A DNA stretch of 60,382 bases, the filler included. It is 5 parts of 5 records of this genome, joined end to end, with 100 filler letters (N's around TTAATTAATTAA, not from the genome) between each part and the next. Parts side by side here need not be neighbours in the genome. Positions count along the whole stretch, not along the records: positions 48,378 to 60,382 come from SRR31156797_12855; 4 more parts are not named here. One strand, given 5' to 3'. Both the position numbers and the translations under genes were made by a program. Below are positions 48,405 to 58,104 of this stretch, in pieces (positions within the stretch are counted from its first letter, which is position 1; every line of letters begins with the position of its first letter). The notes under the pieces are model-generated. The model was given only the letters and a program-made list of their open reading frames with translations, ran no database searches and was not told where the DNA came from.

Positions 48405-50894
48405 ATGACTAAAAAGTTTTTTGATTTAACTGTTATAAAACACCCATTTAAAACAGTTTTTATACTTTTATTAGGAGTAATATTCTTAGGATATTACTCT
48501 ACAAAGTTAGAGATTGACGCTTCTTCAGAAACATTACTACTTGATGATGACAAAGATTTACAATTTGCTAGAAAAGTTTCAAAGTTATACTACAACCCTG
48601 ATTTTTTACTAGTTACATATTCTCCAAAAAAAGATTTACTTCATGATGAAACACTTGAAGAATTAAAAGATCTATCAGAAGAGCTAACACAAATAGAGAA
48701 TATTGCCTCTGTAACTTCTATTTTAAATGTTCCCCTACTTCAATCTCCTGTTCAAAAGCTAACAAAACTTGTTGATAATATAAAAACATTAGAAAATAGT
48801 AATCCAGATAAAAAATTAGTTAAAGAAGAGTTTTTAACTTCTGAGATTTATAAAAATGCCTTAGTTAGTTCTGATTTTAAAACAACAGCACTAGTTTTAA
48901 ATCTAAAAGAGAATAAAGAGTATTTCGAATTTATTGATAAAAGAAAAAAACTTTTAGATAAACAAAGAACTAATAGTTTAAGTGAAGAAGAAAAACAGCA
49001 ATTAACTAAGATTCAAAAAGAGTTCAAACTATTTAGAGATAAACAAAGAGAAGAAAATAGTCAAACAATAGAAGAGATAAGAACAGTAATTACTCAGTAT
49101 CAAAATAATGCTTCCCTATTTTTAGGTGGAGTAAATATGATTGCTGATGATATTATCACTTTTGTAAAAAATGATTTAGTTATCTATGGTTCAACTTTAG
49201 TTCTACTTCTAATCCTTATTTTATGGGTTATTTTTAGACAAATGATTTGGATAACTCTACCTTTATTAATCTGTGTACTTTCAGTAGTTTCAACAACAGG
49301 TGCTTTAGGTTTCTTTGCTTGGGAAGTAACAGTTATCTCATCAAACTTTATTGCATTACAATTAATTATTACAATATCTATTGTTTTACACTTAATTGTA
49401 AGATATAGAGAACTTAGTTCTATCTATCCTAACTCTTCACAATATAAGCTTGTAATAAATACTATTTTATCAAAACTAAACCCATCATTCTTTGCTATTA
49501 TTACTACTATTGCAGGGTTTGGTTCTTTAGTTTTATCAGGTATTCAACCAGTTAAAAACTTAGGTTGGATGATGAGTACTGGTATTGCTATTTCTTTAGT
49601 TATCTCTTTTATAGTATTTCCAGCTATCTTAATACTACTAAAAAGAGTTCAAAGTCCTAAAGAGTCTAACTTCAAGCTAAAAACAATTGCTCTATCAAAA
49701 TACCTAGTAGAATTCCATGGTAAAAAAATCATCTTTACTAGTATTGTTGTAGTAGTTTTTGCACTAACAGGAGCTTCAAAACTTATTGTTGAAAATAGTT
49801 TTATTAACTACTTTAAAGAATCAACGCAGATATACAAAGGAATGAAAGTAATTGATGAAAGTCTAGGAGGAACAACTCCTTTAGATGTAGTAATTACTTT
49901 TAAAGAGGAAGAGAAACAAGAAGTTAAAGTATCAAAAGATAGCTTTGGTTTTGACTCTTTTGAAGATGAATTTGCTATTGATAAAAGTAGTGAAGAGTAT
50001 TGGTTTACAAGGGATAAACTAAATGTCATTCTAAGAGTACATAACTATTTAGAATCTATTGAGGAAATAGGAAAAGTTCAATCATTAGCAACTCTTTTAA
50101 AAATAGGAAAAACATTAAATGAAGGAAAAGAGTTAGATAGCTTTACCCTTGCTTTACTTTATAAAAAGCTTCCTGAAGAGTATAAAAAGATAATTCTAAG
50201 TCCTTATATTAATATTGAAAATAATCAAGCAAGAATTACAACTAGAATCATTGATTCAAATCCCGATTTAAGAAGGGATGAGCTTTTAAAAAGAATTAAT
50301 AGTGAACTTCCAGCTGTAATAAATAGCTCAAGTGTAGAGTTTAGATTATCAAATCTAATGGTTTTATATAACAACATGCTTCAATCGCTATTTGATTCGC
50401 AAATCAAGACTTTAGGTTTTGTTGTTATAATTTTATTTGTAATGTTTTTGATACTATTTAAATCATTTAAAATAGCAACAATTGCAATCTTGGCAAATAT
50501 TGTTCCTATCTCTATTATCTTTGGAATTATGGGATGGCTTACTATTCCACTAGATATTATGACTATTACTATTGCAGCTATTTCTATAGGAATTGGGGTA
50601 GATGATACTATTCACTATATTCATAGATTTCATGAAGAGTATAAAAAAGACCATAACTATATGGAAGCTATGAAAAGAAGTCACGAAAGTATCGGTTATG
50701 CTATGACTTATACTTCTTTAGTAGTAATTGTTGGATTCTGTATTTTAGTATTATCAAATCTTATTCCTACTATCTATTTTGGACTATTAACAGTAATTGT
50801 AATGGCAACTATTTTAAGCTCTGCCCTACTTTTACTTCCAAAACTATTAATTCTATTAAAACCTTATGGTAATAAAAAAGCTAGGAGCATTTAA
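48405..50894 (+). CDS. MMPL/RND-family transporter
   Basis: Two TM bundles, TTIAGFGSL, GIGVDDTIH. Confidence 0.9.
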   Translation: MTKKFFDLTVIKHPFKTVFILLLGVIFLGYYSTKLEIDASSETLLLDDDKDLQFARKVSKLYYNPDFLLVTYSPKKDLLHDETLEELKDLSEELTQIENIASVTSILNVPLLQSPVQKLTKLVDNIKTLENSNPDKKLVKEEFLTSEIYKNALVSSDFKTTALVLNLKENKEYFEFIDKRKKLLDKQRTNSLSEEEKQQLTKIQKEFKLFRDKQREENSQTIEEIRTVITQYQNNASLFLGGVNMIADDIITFVKNDLVIYGSTLVLLLILILWVIFRQMIWITLPLLICVLSVVSTTGALGFFAWEVTVISSNFIALQLIITISIVLHLIVRYRELSSIYPNSSQYKLVINTILSKLNPSFFAIITTIAGFGSLVLSGIQPVKNLGWMMSTGIAISLVISFIVFPAILILLKRVQSPKESNFKLKTIALSKYLVEFHGKKIIFTSIVVVVFALTGASKLIVENSFINYFKESTQIYKGMKVIDESLGGTTPLDVVITFKEEEKQEVKVSKDSFGFDSFEDEFAIDKSSEEYWFTRDKLNVILRVHNYLESIEEIGKVQSLATLLKIGKTLNEGKELDSFTLALLYKKLPEEYKKIILSPYINIENNQARITTRIIDSNPDLRRDELLKRINSELPAVINSSSVEFRLSNLMVLYNNMLQSLFDSQIKTLGFVVIILFVMFLILFKSFKIATIAILANIVPISIIFGIMGWLTIPLDIMTITIAAISIGIGVDDTIHYIHRFHEEYKKDHNYMEAMKRSHESIGYAMTYTSLVVIVGFCILVLSNLIPTIYFGLLTVIVMATILSSALLLLPKLLILLKPYGNKKARSI

Positions 50895-50898
50895 GTAA

Positions 50899-51483
50899 AT
50901 GAATATTGCAGTATATTGTGGTTCAAACTTTGGGAAAAATGAGATATATAAAAATACAGCCTTGAAAATGGTTGATTATCTAGCTAAAGAGAATTGTTCA
51001 ATTGTTTACGGAGGAAGTAAAGCTGGACTTATGGGAGTTATTTCAAACCATGCTTTAGAAAAGAATATTCCTGTTTATGGAGTAATTACCCATGACCTTG
51101 CAAGTAAAGAACTTGAAAATGAAAAGCTTTCAAATATCATTAAAGTAAATGATATAAGAGAAAGGAAAGCAAAGATGGAAGAGCTTTCTGATGCTTTTAT
51201 TGCATTTCCTGGTGGATGTGGTACTTTAGAAGAAATCTCAGAGATATTAACATCTATACAAGTGGGATATAGTACAAAACCTTGCGCTTTTTTTAACCTA
51301 AATGGATATTATGACAATCTTTTATCTTTTTTACAAAATGCTGTAAATGAAGGTTTTATGTTAAAAGAACATCTTGATTCAATTATTGTAAGTGACGATA
51401 TAGAAGTGATTTACAAAGGCTTTATAAACTATGAAGCACCAAAGAGTAAATGGGAGATTTTAAAAGCGTTAACGAATTGTTAA
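50899..51483 (+). CDS. LOG-family nucleotide phosphoribohydrolase
   Basis: VYCGS, VYGG...GLMG, RKAKM, PGGCGTLEE. Confidence 0.92.
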   Translation: MNIAVYCGSNFGKNEIYKNTALKMVDYLAKENCSIVYGGSKAGLMGVISNHALEKNIPVYGVITHDLASKELENEKLSNIIKVNDIRERKAKMEELSDAFIAFPGGCGTLEEISEILTSIQVGYSTKPCAFFNLNGYYDNLLSFLQNAVNEGFMLKEHLDSIIVSDDIEVIYKGFINYEAPKSKWEILKALTNC

Positions 51484-51527
51484 TTTTTTGTTACTGCTCA
51501 TTAATTCTTAACTATTATAATTTTATT

Positions 51528-51620
51528 AAGCAATGAGTAACAGCGAACTTACTCAGAGCATTTTTGCGAACAAACAATCTCCTAAAAAGCAGAGCTTTCT
51601 CCTTGCTCTGCTTTTTTTTT
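51528..51620 (+). ncRNA. Candidate small RNA (about 90 nt) with anti-Shine-Dalgarno motifs
   Basis: TATAAT at 51516-51521, 5' stem TGAGTAA/TTACTCA, AATCTCCT linker, terminator AAAAAGCAGAGC-TTTCTCCTT-GCTCTGC-T9. Confidence 0.5.
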
Positions 51621-51718
51621 AGTAATACAATAAATATTGAATATAATTATCACATTTGCTACACAATTGTTATGGTATAATTGTATAATTCAAAAAAATT
51701 TTAAGGCTATATAAATTA

Positions 51719-52126
51719 ATGAAAAAACTTGACAATATTCAAAGAGATTTACTTCTAACAAATCTTGATGAAGATGGCAAACTATCATGTCTAAAAGCAT
51801 TTAAAGTTGCCAGATTAATTGGGATGAAGCCAAAAGACATGGCTGAAGTAACAAAATCAATGAATATAAAAATTACAAACTGCGAACTTGGTGTTTTTGG
51901 AAAAATTAACTTCTCTGACTTAGATGACAATATATATAATAAACTATCTCAAAACTTTGCACAGGATAAAAAAGTTGATTGTGAAGTTGCTTGGTACACA
52001 GCAAGAGACAAAGGTGCAAGTCTAAGAAAAGTAGGCTCTACAATCAATAACTCAGATATAAAAGTTACTCACTGTCAACTTGGATGCTTCTATGATGAAG
52101 AGTTTGAAGAGTACGATGACAAATAA
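51719..52126 (+). CDS. Hypothetical protein with tandem Cys-containing domain
   Basis: Internal duplication: LSC..AF...IKITNCELGVF / VDC..AW...IKVTHCQLGCF. Confidence 0.75.
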   Translation: MKKLDNIQRDLLLTNLDEDGKLSCLKAFKVARLIGMKPKDMAEVTKSMNIKITNCELGVFGKINFSDLDDNIYNKLSQNFAQDKKVDCEVAWYTARDKGASLRKVGSTINNSDIKVTHCQLGCFYDEEFEEYDDK

Positions 52127-52763
52127 AAAAAAATTTATACTTTTTGATAATGATGGTGTTTTAGTAGAAACAGAAAAATGGTATTATGAAGCTAACGTCA
52201 AAGCACTAAAAGAGTTAAACCTAACACTTGAATTAGATACTTACTTAGAGATTATGGCTAGAGGTGGAACAGCTTGGGAAATTGCATTTGCTCAAGGGGT
52301 TTCAAAAGATGTAGTTGATAAGCAAAGAGAAAAAAGAGATGTATTCTATCAAGAGTTTCTTACAACTAAAGATATTGAAATTCAAGGTGTAAAGCCTTTA
52401 CTTAAAGAGTTATCTCAAAACTATAAAATGGCTATTATTACAACTTCAAGAAGAGTTGATTTTGATTTAATTCATAAAAACAGAGGTATTGTTGATTTTA
52501 TGGATTTTACTCTTTGTGTTGAAGAGTATGCAAAAGCTAAACCAGCACCTGACCCATATCTTGCGGGACTTAAAAAGTTTAATGCAAAAAAAGAAGAAAC
52601 TATTATAGTTGAAGACTCACAAAGAGGTCTTACTTCAGCATATAATGCAGGTATTGAGTGTGCGATAGTTCATAATGAGTTTACTAAAACCCATGACTTT
52701 TCAAAAGCAAACTATCATATTAAAAAATTAGATAAGTTAAAAGAGCTTTTATCTACTTTGTAG
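52116..52763 (+). CDS. HAD-family phosphatase (beta-PGM/CbbY-like)
   Basis: FDNDGVL, TTS, KPAPDPY, EDSQRG; ATG at 52116. Confidence 0.92.
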   Translation: MTNKKKFILFDNDGVLVETEKWYYEANVKALKELNLTLELDTYLEIMARGGTAWEIAFAQGVSKDVVDKQREKRDVFYQEFLTTKDIEIQGVKPLLKELSQNYKMAIITTSRRVDFDLIHKNRGIVDFMDFTLCVEEYAKAKPAPDPYLAGLKKFNAKKEETIIVEDSQRGLTSAYNAGIECAIVHNEFTKTHDFSKANYHIKKLDKLKELLSTL

Positions 52764-53864
52764 ATACTCTTTTAATCTTTTAATTCCCTCTTCCATATGC
52801 TTTATATCTCTTGTGTAGGCAAATCTTAAATACTTATTCGTACTGTTAGTTCCAAAATCTTTTCCTGGAGTTGTTGCTATATGAATGTTTTCTAATAACT
52901 CTTTTGCAAAAGTAAAGCTATCATCTGTATATTTTGAAACATCAGCCCAAAGATAAAAAGCTCCATCAGGCTTAGCATCAACACTAAAGATTTCATTTAA
53001 CTCTTTATATAAATAATCTCGTCTTTGTTTAAAACTGTTTTTTATATTTTCTAAATACTCATAATCAAAAGCTTCTAAAGCTGCATATTGAGAAAGAGTT
53101 GGAGCAGAGATAAAAATATTTTGAGCCACAATCTCAGCTTCTCTTACTAAGTTCTTTGGAACTATTATCCAACCAAGTCTAAGTCCTGGCATACAGTAGT
53201 ATTTAGAAAAGCCATTGATAACAAAGACATTATCACTAAACTGTAAAGCAGTTGAAGCATCTTTTTCATAAACTAAACCATGATATAACTCATCTGAAAT
53301 AAAAGAGATACTATTTTTATCACAATACTCAACTAGCTCTTTTAAATTTATATCACCATAGATATTTCCCGTTGGATTAGAAGGAGAAGATATTTGAAGA
53401 GCATCTAAGTTCTGTTTTTCTAAATGCTCAACTTTCAACTCATAATCACATGACTTATCAATATTCATAAAAACAGGTTCTATATCAAGCATATTTGCAA
53501 AGTTCTTATAACAAGGATAAGAAGGATCACTAAGTCCTAGTTTTCCATTTTGTTTTAAAGTTAAAGTATAAGCTACTAAAAATGCCCCTGATGTTCCAGG
53601 AGTTAATAAAACCTGAGAAGAGTCAATATCTACACCATACTCTTTTTTATAGTGAGCTACTATTTTATCACGTAAACTTTTTAAACCTAAACTTTCAGTA
53701 TAAGAGAATCTATTTTCATCAACTGCTTGTTTTAATGCCTCTTTTACTTTAGGGTTTGGATTTAAATCAGGTTGCCCTATTTCAAAATGTATAGTATCTT
53801 CATATTTCAAAGCTTCTCTAACTATATCCATAACAATAAAAGAGTTCATATTTTCATATCGCAT
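52749..53864 (-). CDS. PLP-dependent aminotransferase class I/II
   Basis: EIGQPD, SPSNPTG, SDELY, GFSKYYCMPGLRLG. Confidence 0.93.
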   Translation of the reverse strand: MRYENMNSFIVMDIVREALKYEDTIHFEIGQPDLNPNPKVKEALKQAVDENRFSYTESLGLKSLRDKIVAHYKKEYGVDIDSSQVLLTPGTSGAFLVAYTLTLKQNGKLGLSDPSYPCYKNFANMLDIEPVFMNIDKSCDYELKVEHLEKQNLDALQISSPSNPTGNIYGDINLKELVEYCDKNSISFISDELYHGLVYEKDASTALQFSDNVFVINGFSKYYCMPGLRLGWIIVPKNLVREAEIVAQNIFISAPTLSQYAALEAFDYEYLENIKNSFKQRRDYLYKELNEIFSVDAKPDGAFYLWADVSKYTDDSFTFAKELLENIHIATTPGKDFGTNSTNKYLRFAYTRDIKHMEEGIKRLKEYLQSR

Positions 53865-53923
53865 AAGTAATCCTAATAATTAAAAAATGGATTATACTAT
53901 AAAAAGGTTGGATTTTTGATATA

Positions 53924-53979
53924 TTAATGAGAGCAGCATTAGCGAAGGAGAAGAATAAAAAAATGCTAACTCTCATTAA
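53924..53979. other. Long intergenic stem-loop with SD/anti-SD loop (candidate sRNA 3' part)
   Basis: TTAATGAGAG-C-AGCATT ... AATGCT-AA-CTCTCATTAA; loop contains AAGGAGAAG. Confidence 0.5.
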
Positions 53980-54161
53980 ATTTGGCTGTGTAGTTTACAT
54001 CAAATTCTTTTAATGTATTGAAATATTAGCAAACTACTCTTAACCAAAAATCACACCCTAAAACAAATAGGAGTATTTTAGTCTTATTTAAGTTTTATTC
54101 CTATTTTAACAAAGTCTGAGCTTACTTTTGATACTATTTCAGGACTAATACAAGGATTTTT

Positions 54162-54911
54162 ATGCAATATTTTGGAACATTAGAAACTAAATATGAAGAA
54201 GTATTTTTAACTTCAAGTTATTTATATTTTAATAAAGAAGATGAACAAATTGATGCTAAACAGCTTAAACAATTAATTAAAACAAACAAAGACAAAAAGA
54301 AGAACATTGTAGGAACTATTATTATGTATAGTCCACTTGTTACTCCTGTGGGGTATGACTCTAATAAATATTTATTAGACCAAGACTTTGACCAATACGA
54401 TGAAATGGTAGAGCTAAAGTGTGAAGACTATATCACACTATATAAACATGCTATGGGAAATCAATTTGAAGGAAAACTTGTAGAGATTGTAAACCTATTT
54501 AATCTAATGGAAAAAAATATTGATGCTTCTTCATTACTTATGAAGTTTGACCAAGACTTAGAGATTTACTATTCACAACAAAATACTGAGTTTGATAGAG
54601 ATATTATGTATTTAGACTGCAAAAATATTATTCCAAAAGGAAAGTTTGTATTCTTTGCATGGGGAGAAAAAATCAATCCAAAAGAGTTTATTTATATCAA
54701 CAACTATGCACAAACTATCTATAGAAGATGCAAAGATGAACTAAGCAAAAATGTTGCTTTTGTTTATAAAAAAGAGAAAACAATTGAGTGGTCAGAAGAC
54801 TTCATTCAATTTGCTGCACCTGCACAAGTTTCTAAATATAAAACATCAATTCACAATGCCATAAAAAAATCATTTGAAAGTTTTCCACCTATTAGCCAAT
54901 CTTATAGTTAA
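54162..54911 (+). CDS. Hypothetical protein, distantly DUF1643-like
   Basis: IIMYSP, EIVNLFNL, FFAWG motif order; AAGGA RBS. Confidence 0.6.
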   Translation: MQYFGTLETKYEEVFLTSSYLYFNKEDEQIDAKQLKQLIKTNKDKKKNIVGTIIMYSPLVTPVGYDSNKYLLDQDFDQYDEMVELKCEDYITLYKHAMGNQFEGKLVEIVNLFNLMEKNIDASSLLMKFDQDLEIYYSQQNTEFDRDIMYLDCKNIIPKGKFVFFAWGEKINPKEFIYINNYAQTIYRRCKDELSKNVAFVYKKEKTIEWSEDFIQFAAPAQVSKYKTSIHNAIKKSFESFPPISQSYS

Positions 54912-54989
54912 AACTTTATATTTCATTGACATTATTTTCTTTGTTAGATATTATAGTAACACTAATTGTTACGCATAAAGGAGAAGAAG

Positions 54990-55457
54990 ATGAATGTCTA
55001 TGAGTATGCAATGAAAGTAGAAAAAGAAGGTGAAGCCTACTATAGAGAAATGGCTAATATGTCACCAAATGCTGGATTAAAAAGAATTTTTACCATGCTT
55101 GCAGAAGAAGAAGTTAAACACTACAATGTTTTTAAAAGCATGATGAAAAAAGAAAAGTTAGATATTGATAATCTAAATCTTATTACTGATACTCAAACAA
55201 TCTTTGAAACACTTGCTAATGAAAAAGATAATGTAAGCTTTGATGAAAAACAAATAAACTACTACAAAGATGCAATAAAAAGAGAAGAAAACTCTCATAA
55301 CTTTTATATAGAAAAATCAAAAGATATTGAAGATGAACAAGAGAGACAAATATTTATAGAGATTGCTCACGAAGAAACAAAACATAAAAAGGTTTTAGAA
55401 GAGATTGTTCACTTCTTGGAAGAACCAGACAACTGGGTAGCTAGCGCTGAATTTTAG
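54990..55457 (+). CDS. Rubrerythrin/ferritin-like di-iron protein
   Basis: EKEG..YY, EEVKH, EENSHNFY, EETKH; ATG at 54990 behind AAGGAG. Confidence 0.9.
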   Translation: MNVYEYAMKVEKEGEAYYREMANMSPNAGLKRIFTMLAEEEVKHYNVFKSMMKKEKLDIDNLNLITDTQTIFETLANEKDNVSFDEKQINYYKDAIKREENSHNFYIEKSKDIEDEQERQIFIEIAHEETKHKKVLEEIVHFLEEPDNWVASAEF

Positions 55458-55458
55458 A

Positions 55459-55752
55459 CTATAAAGAAGCAAGCCTTTGAACTAAGGCTTTTGCTTCACT
55501 ATCACTAAAGAATATATTATTATGAATCTTATTACTTGCTTTTTTTAGATACTCTATTTTTTTTGTAGTTAAAGTATCTGGGTCATCTTTATACTGCTCA
55601 ATTATAGCTTTCATTTCATCTTCATACTTTTGAATAAGTTCTTCTTTTTTTAAAGCACTTGAACGATACTCTTTTTTACTTGTATTATTACCTAAATAAA
55701 AAACTAAAAAAGCAATTAGGGCTAAACCTAAAACAACTACTAAAACTTCCAA
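55459..55752 (-). CDS. Hypothetical membrane-anchored protein
   Basis: N-terminal TM, NIFF motif, GGAG RBS with TTG start. Confidence 0.7.
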   Translation of the reverse strand: MEVLVVVLGLALIAFLVFYLGNNTSKKEYRSSALKKEELIQKYEDEMKAIIEQYKDDPDTLTTKKIEYLKKASNKIHNNIFFSDSEAKALVQRLASL

Positions 55753-55760
55753 AAAAGCTC

Positions 55761-56969
55761 CTAATCAACTCTTGGCTGAACTACTGGTTTCTCTTTTTTC
55801 TTTTTAGAACCAGATTGATTAAAAGATTTTGCTTCTATTGCAATAGATTCTGCTCTTTTTGCAATAGTTAAAGCCTCTTCTATCTTCTTATTATTTTCAA
55901 TATCAGTTTTAATTCTATCTACTCTTTCAATTAAACTTCTAAACTCAGTATGACCTAAAACATCTAAAACACCTGGAGACTTTGAAACAAACTCAATGTG
56001 CTCCTTATCTCTCCAATTTGTAGTTAAAGAGTTATCTATATACTCTTTGTACTCATTTTCTATTTGTGTAGGATTTGCTATAAATGCTAAATCAAGATGT
56101 AAGTCATCTTTTTTATCAAATAAAACTTTATATAAATATTGTAAATAAGAAGCATTAGTTAAAGTCTTTATATATTCATAAACTTTTTCTTTCTCTTCTT
56201 TTTCATAAAGATACTCTAAAATATTAACTGATACTTCATCTTCACCACTTGTGAAAATAGAATCAATTTTCTCTTTACAATAATCATATATTTGATTAGA
56301 CTCTTTTTTATTTAGTTTTTCAATAAATTTGAAAAGTTCAATATTATAAGAAAAAGAGAATCTATTTAGATTTTTAAATAGTACATCTAAAAGTTGCCAA
56401 GGAGAGTTTTGTTTGTTTGCATAGTGAACAATGGCATTTACATTTTCTACCTCATCTTGGCAGAAATGTGTTGTAGAAGAGTATTCATTAATCTCATTAG
56501 TTAATTCATTACTTAATAGCTGTAAAGATTTGTTTTTAAAATATGAAGTTAATTTATCATTGTTGTATTTTGATGAGCTATTAGATAACTGCTTAAATCT
56601 TTTACTGATTATCTGATATTTTTTGATTTTATCTTTTATTGAGAAAGTTGATAAAAGTTTTAGTGATTTAAATAAAATTTTATCTTTATTTTTATCTAAA
56701 GCTTTTGCTACAACCTCACCTCTTTTTGGTACTTCATTAATAAAAAGTACAAGTTTTGCATTTAGTTCATCAAAAGTTTTTATATCATCAATTTTAGATA
56801 TCTCTTTTAAAACTGTAGATTTTTTGATACTGTGATTAATAAAGAAAAATGCAAGTGCTATTAGAGCTAATAGCACTGCAACTGTTATCAAAGTCTCATT
56901 GGGAGCTTGTTTATAAATTTCTAATAAATTGTAGTTTGATTCTTTTATAAGGCTTAAGAAGTCACTCAT
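55761..56969 (-). CDS. Hypothetical single-TM helical protein
   Basis: 402-aa ORF with AAGGA RBS and one TM segment. Confidence 0.75.
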   Translation of the reverse strand: MSDFLSLIKESNYNLLEIYKQAPNETLITVAVLLALIALAFFFINHSIKKSTVLKEISKIDDIKTFDELNAKLVLFINEVPKRGEVVAKALDKNKDKILFKSLKLLSTFSIKDKIKKYQIISKRFKQLSNSSSKYNNDKLTSYFKNKSLQLLSNELTNEINEYSSTTHFCQDEVENVNAIVHYANKQNSPWQLLDVLFKNLNRFSFSYNIELFKFIEKLNKKESNQIYDYCKEKIDSIFTSGEDEVSVNILEYLYEKEEKEKVYEYIKTLTNASYLQYLYKVLFDKKDDLHLDLAFIANPTQIENEYKEYIDNSLTTNWRDKEHIEFVSKSPGVLDVLGHTEFRSLIERVDRIKTDIENNKKIEEALTIAKRAESIAIEAKSFNQSGSKKKKEKPVVQPRVD

Positions 56970-57029
56970 AGTATACTATCCTTCAAGTGTAAAAAATAAT
57001 TATTAGTATACTAAAATAAACTTCATAAA

Positions 57030-57587
57030 CTATTTACTAAGAAAGCTTTCTAAGTCCTTTTCTCCAACTTCTCCAACATATTTCTTTAAAAACCTACCAT
57101 CTGTTCCATAAAGAAATGACTCAGGAATTTTATTAACATCATCAAAAGCTTTTGCCATTCTAAAGTTTTCTTCCCCTACTGTAATAGGAAATTTAATCTT
57201 ATGCTTTTCCATAAAAGCAGCTAACTCTTGAACATCTTTATCTCTTTCAAATAAAATTCCGATTAGCTCAAATTTATCTTGATACTTCTCATATAGTTTA
57301 TTAAATACAGGCATCTCTTTAATACAAGGAGGACACCAAGTAGCCCAGAAGTTAAGTAATACATACTTTCCTTTTAACTGCTCTGATGTTAAAACATCAT
57401 TCTCTACTGTTAAAGTAATTGTTCTACCATCTGTTGTTTTAAGATTATAAGTTTTATTACTTTGCTTTTTAAGCTCTTCAAAACTTGTATTATCTTCTAC
57501 AATTGTTACTGCCTCATCACTTGAATTACATCCTGTAAAAATCAATACTGCAAATATTGATATAAATAATAAAGATAGTCTCTTCAT
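57030..57587 (-). CDS. TlpA/ResA-like thioredoxin lipoprotein
   Basis: Lipobox FTGC, NFWATWCPPCIKEMP, cis-Pro IPES. Confidence 0.93.
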   Translation of the reverse strand: MKRLSLLFISIFAVLIFTGCNSSDEAVTIVEDNTSFEELKKQSNKTYNLKTTDGRTITLTVENDVLTSEQLKGKYVLLNFWATWCPPCIKEMPVFNKLYEKYQDKFELIGILFERDKDVQELAAFMEKHKIKFPITVGEENFRMAKAFDDVNKIPESFLYGTDGRFLKKYVGEVGEKDLESFLSK

Positions 57588-57602
57588 ATACTAATTTCTC
57601 CT

Positions 57603-58019
57603 TTATGCTCTACTTTTTTGTAAACTTAATAGTAATACAGCGATTATTCCATATGCTGCTAATGATAAGAATGGAATATTTATAAATCCAAAGTACTCAA
57701 AATACTCAGTTGAACAAGGAACTCCTTGTTTACAAGGTACTGCACTTTCTGGAACAATTCCCCACATAAGTAAGTTGTGATAAATAGCAAACCCTAAACC
57801 TACAAAAACAAGTGGTGCTGAATATTTAAATAGTTTATCATCTGGATATAAAAGATTGATTAAAAAGATTAAAACTAGTGGATACATAAAAATTCTTTGA
57901 TACCAACACATACTACAAGGAATAAACTCCATTACTTCACTAAAAAATAGTGACCCTAAAGTAGCTATAGAAGCTACAATAAACATTACAAGAACAAGAC
58001 TTGAATTAACTTTATTCAT
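57603..58019 (-). CDS. DsbB/BdbC-family disulfide bond formation protein
   Basis: GSLFFSE, PCSMCWYQRIFMYP, second Cys pair PCKQGVPC. Confidence 0.93.
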   Translation of the reverse strand: MNKVNSSLVLVMFIVASIATLGSLFFSEVMEFIPCSMCWYQRIFMYPLVLIFLINLLYPDDKLFKYSAPLVFVGLGFAIYHNLLMWGIVPESAVPCKQGVPCSTEYFEYFGFINIPFLSLAAYGIIAVLLLSLQKSRA

Positions 58020-58061
58020 TATTTAACTAATCCTATATTTTTTCATATTTTATAATTTTCT

Positions 58062-58080
58062 TGTGTAAAGTCTGTGTAAA
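58062..58080 (-). promoter_or_regulatory. 11-bp-period direct repeat TTTACACA upstream of the dsbB-tlpA -10
   Basis: TGTGTAAA at 58062-58069 and 58073-58080; TATAAAAT just downstream on minus strand. Confidence 0.55.
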
Positions 58081-58104
58081 TAAGACTTTAAAAGAAAACA
58101 CCAC

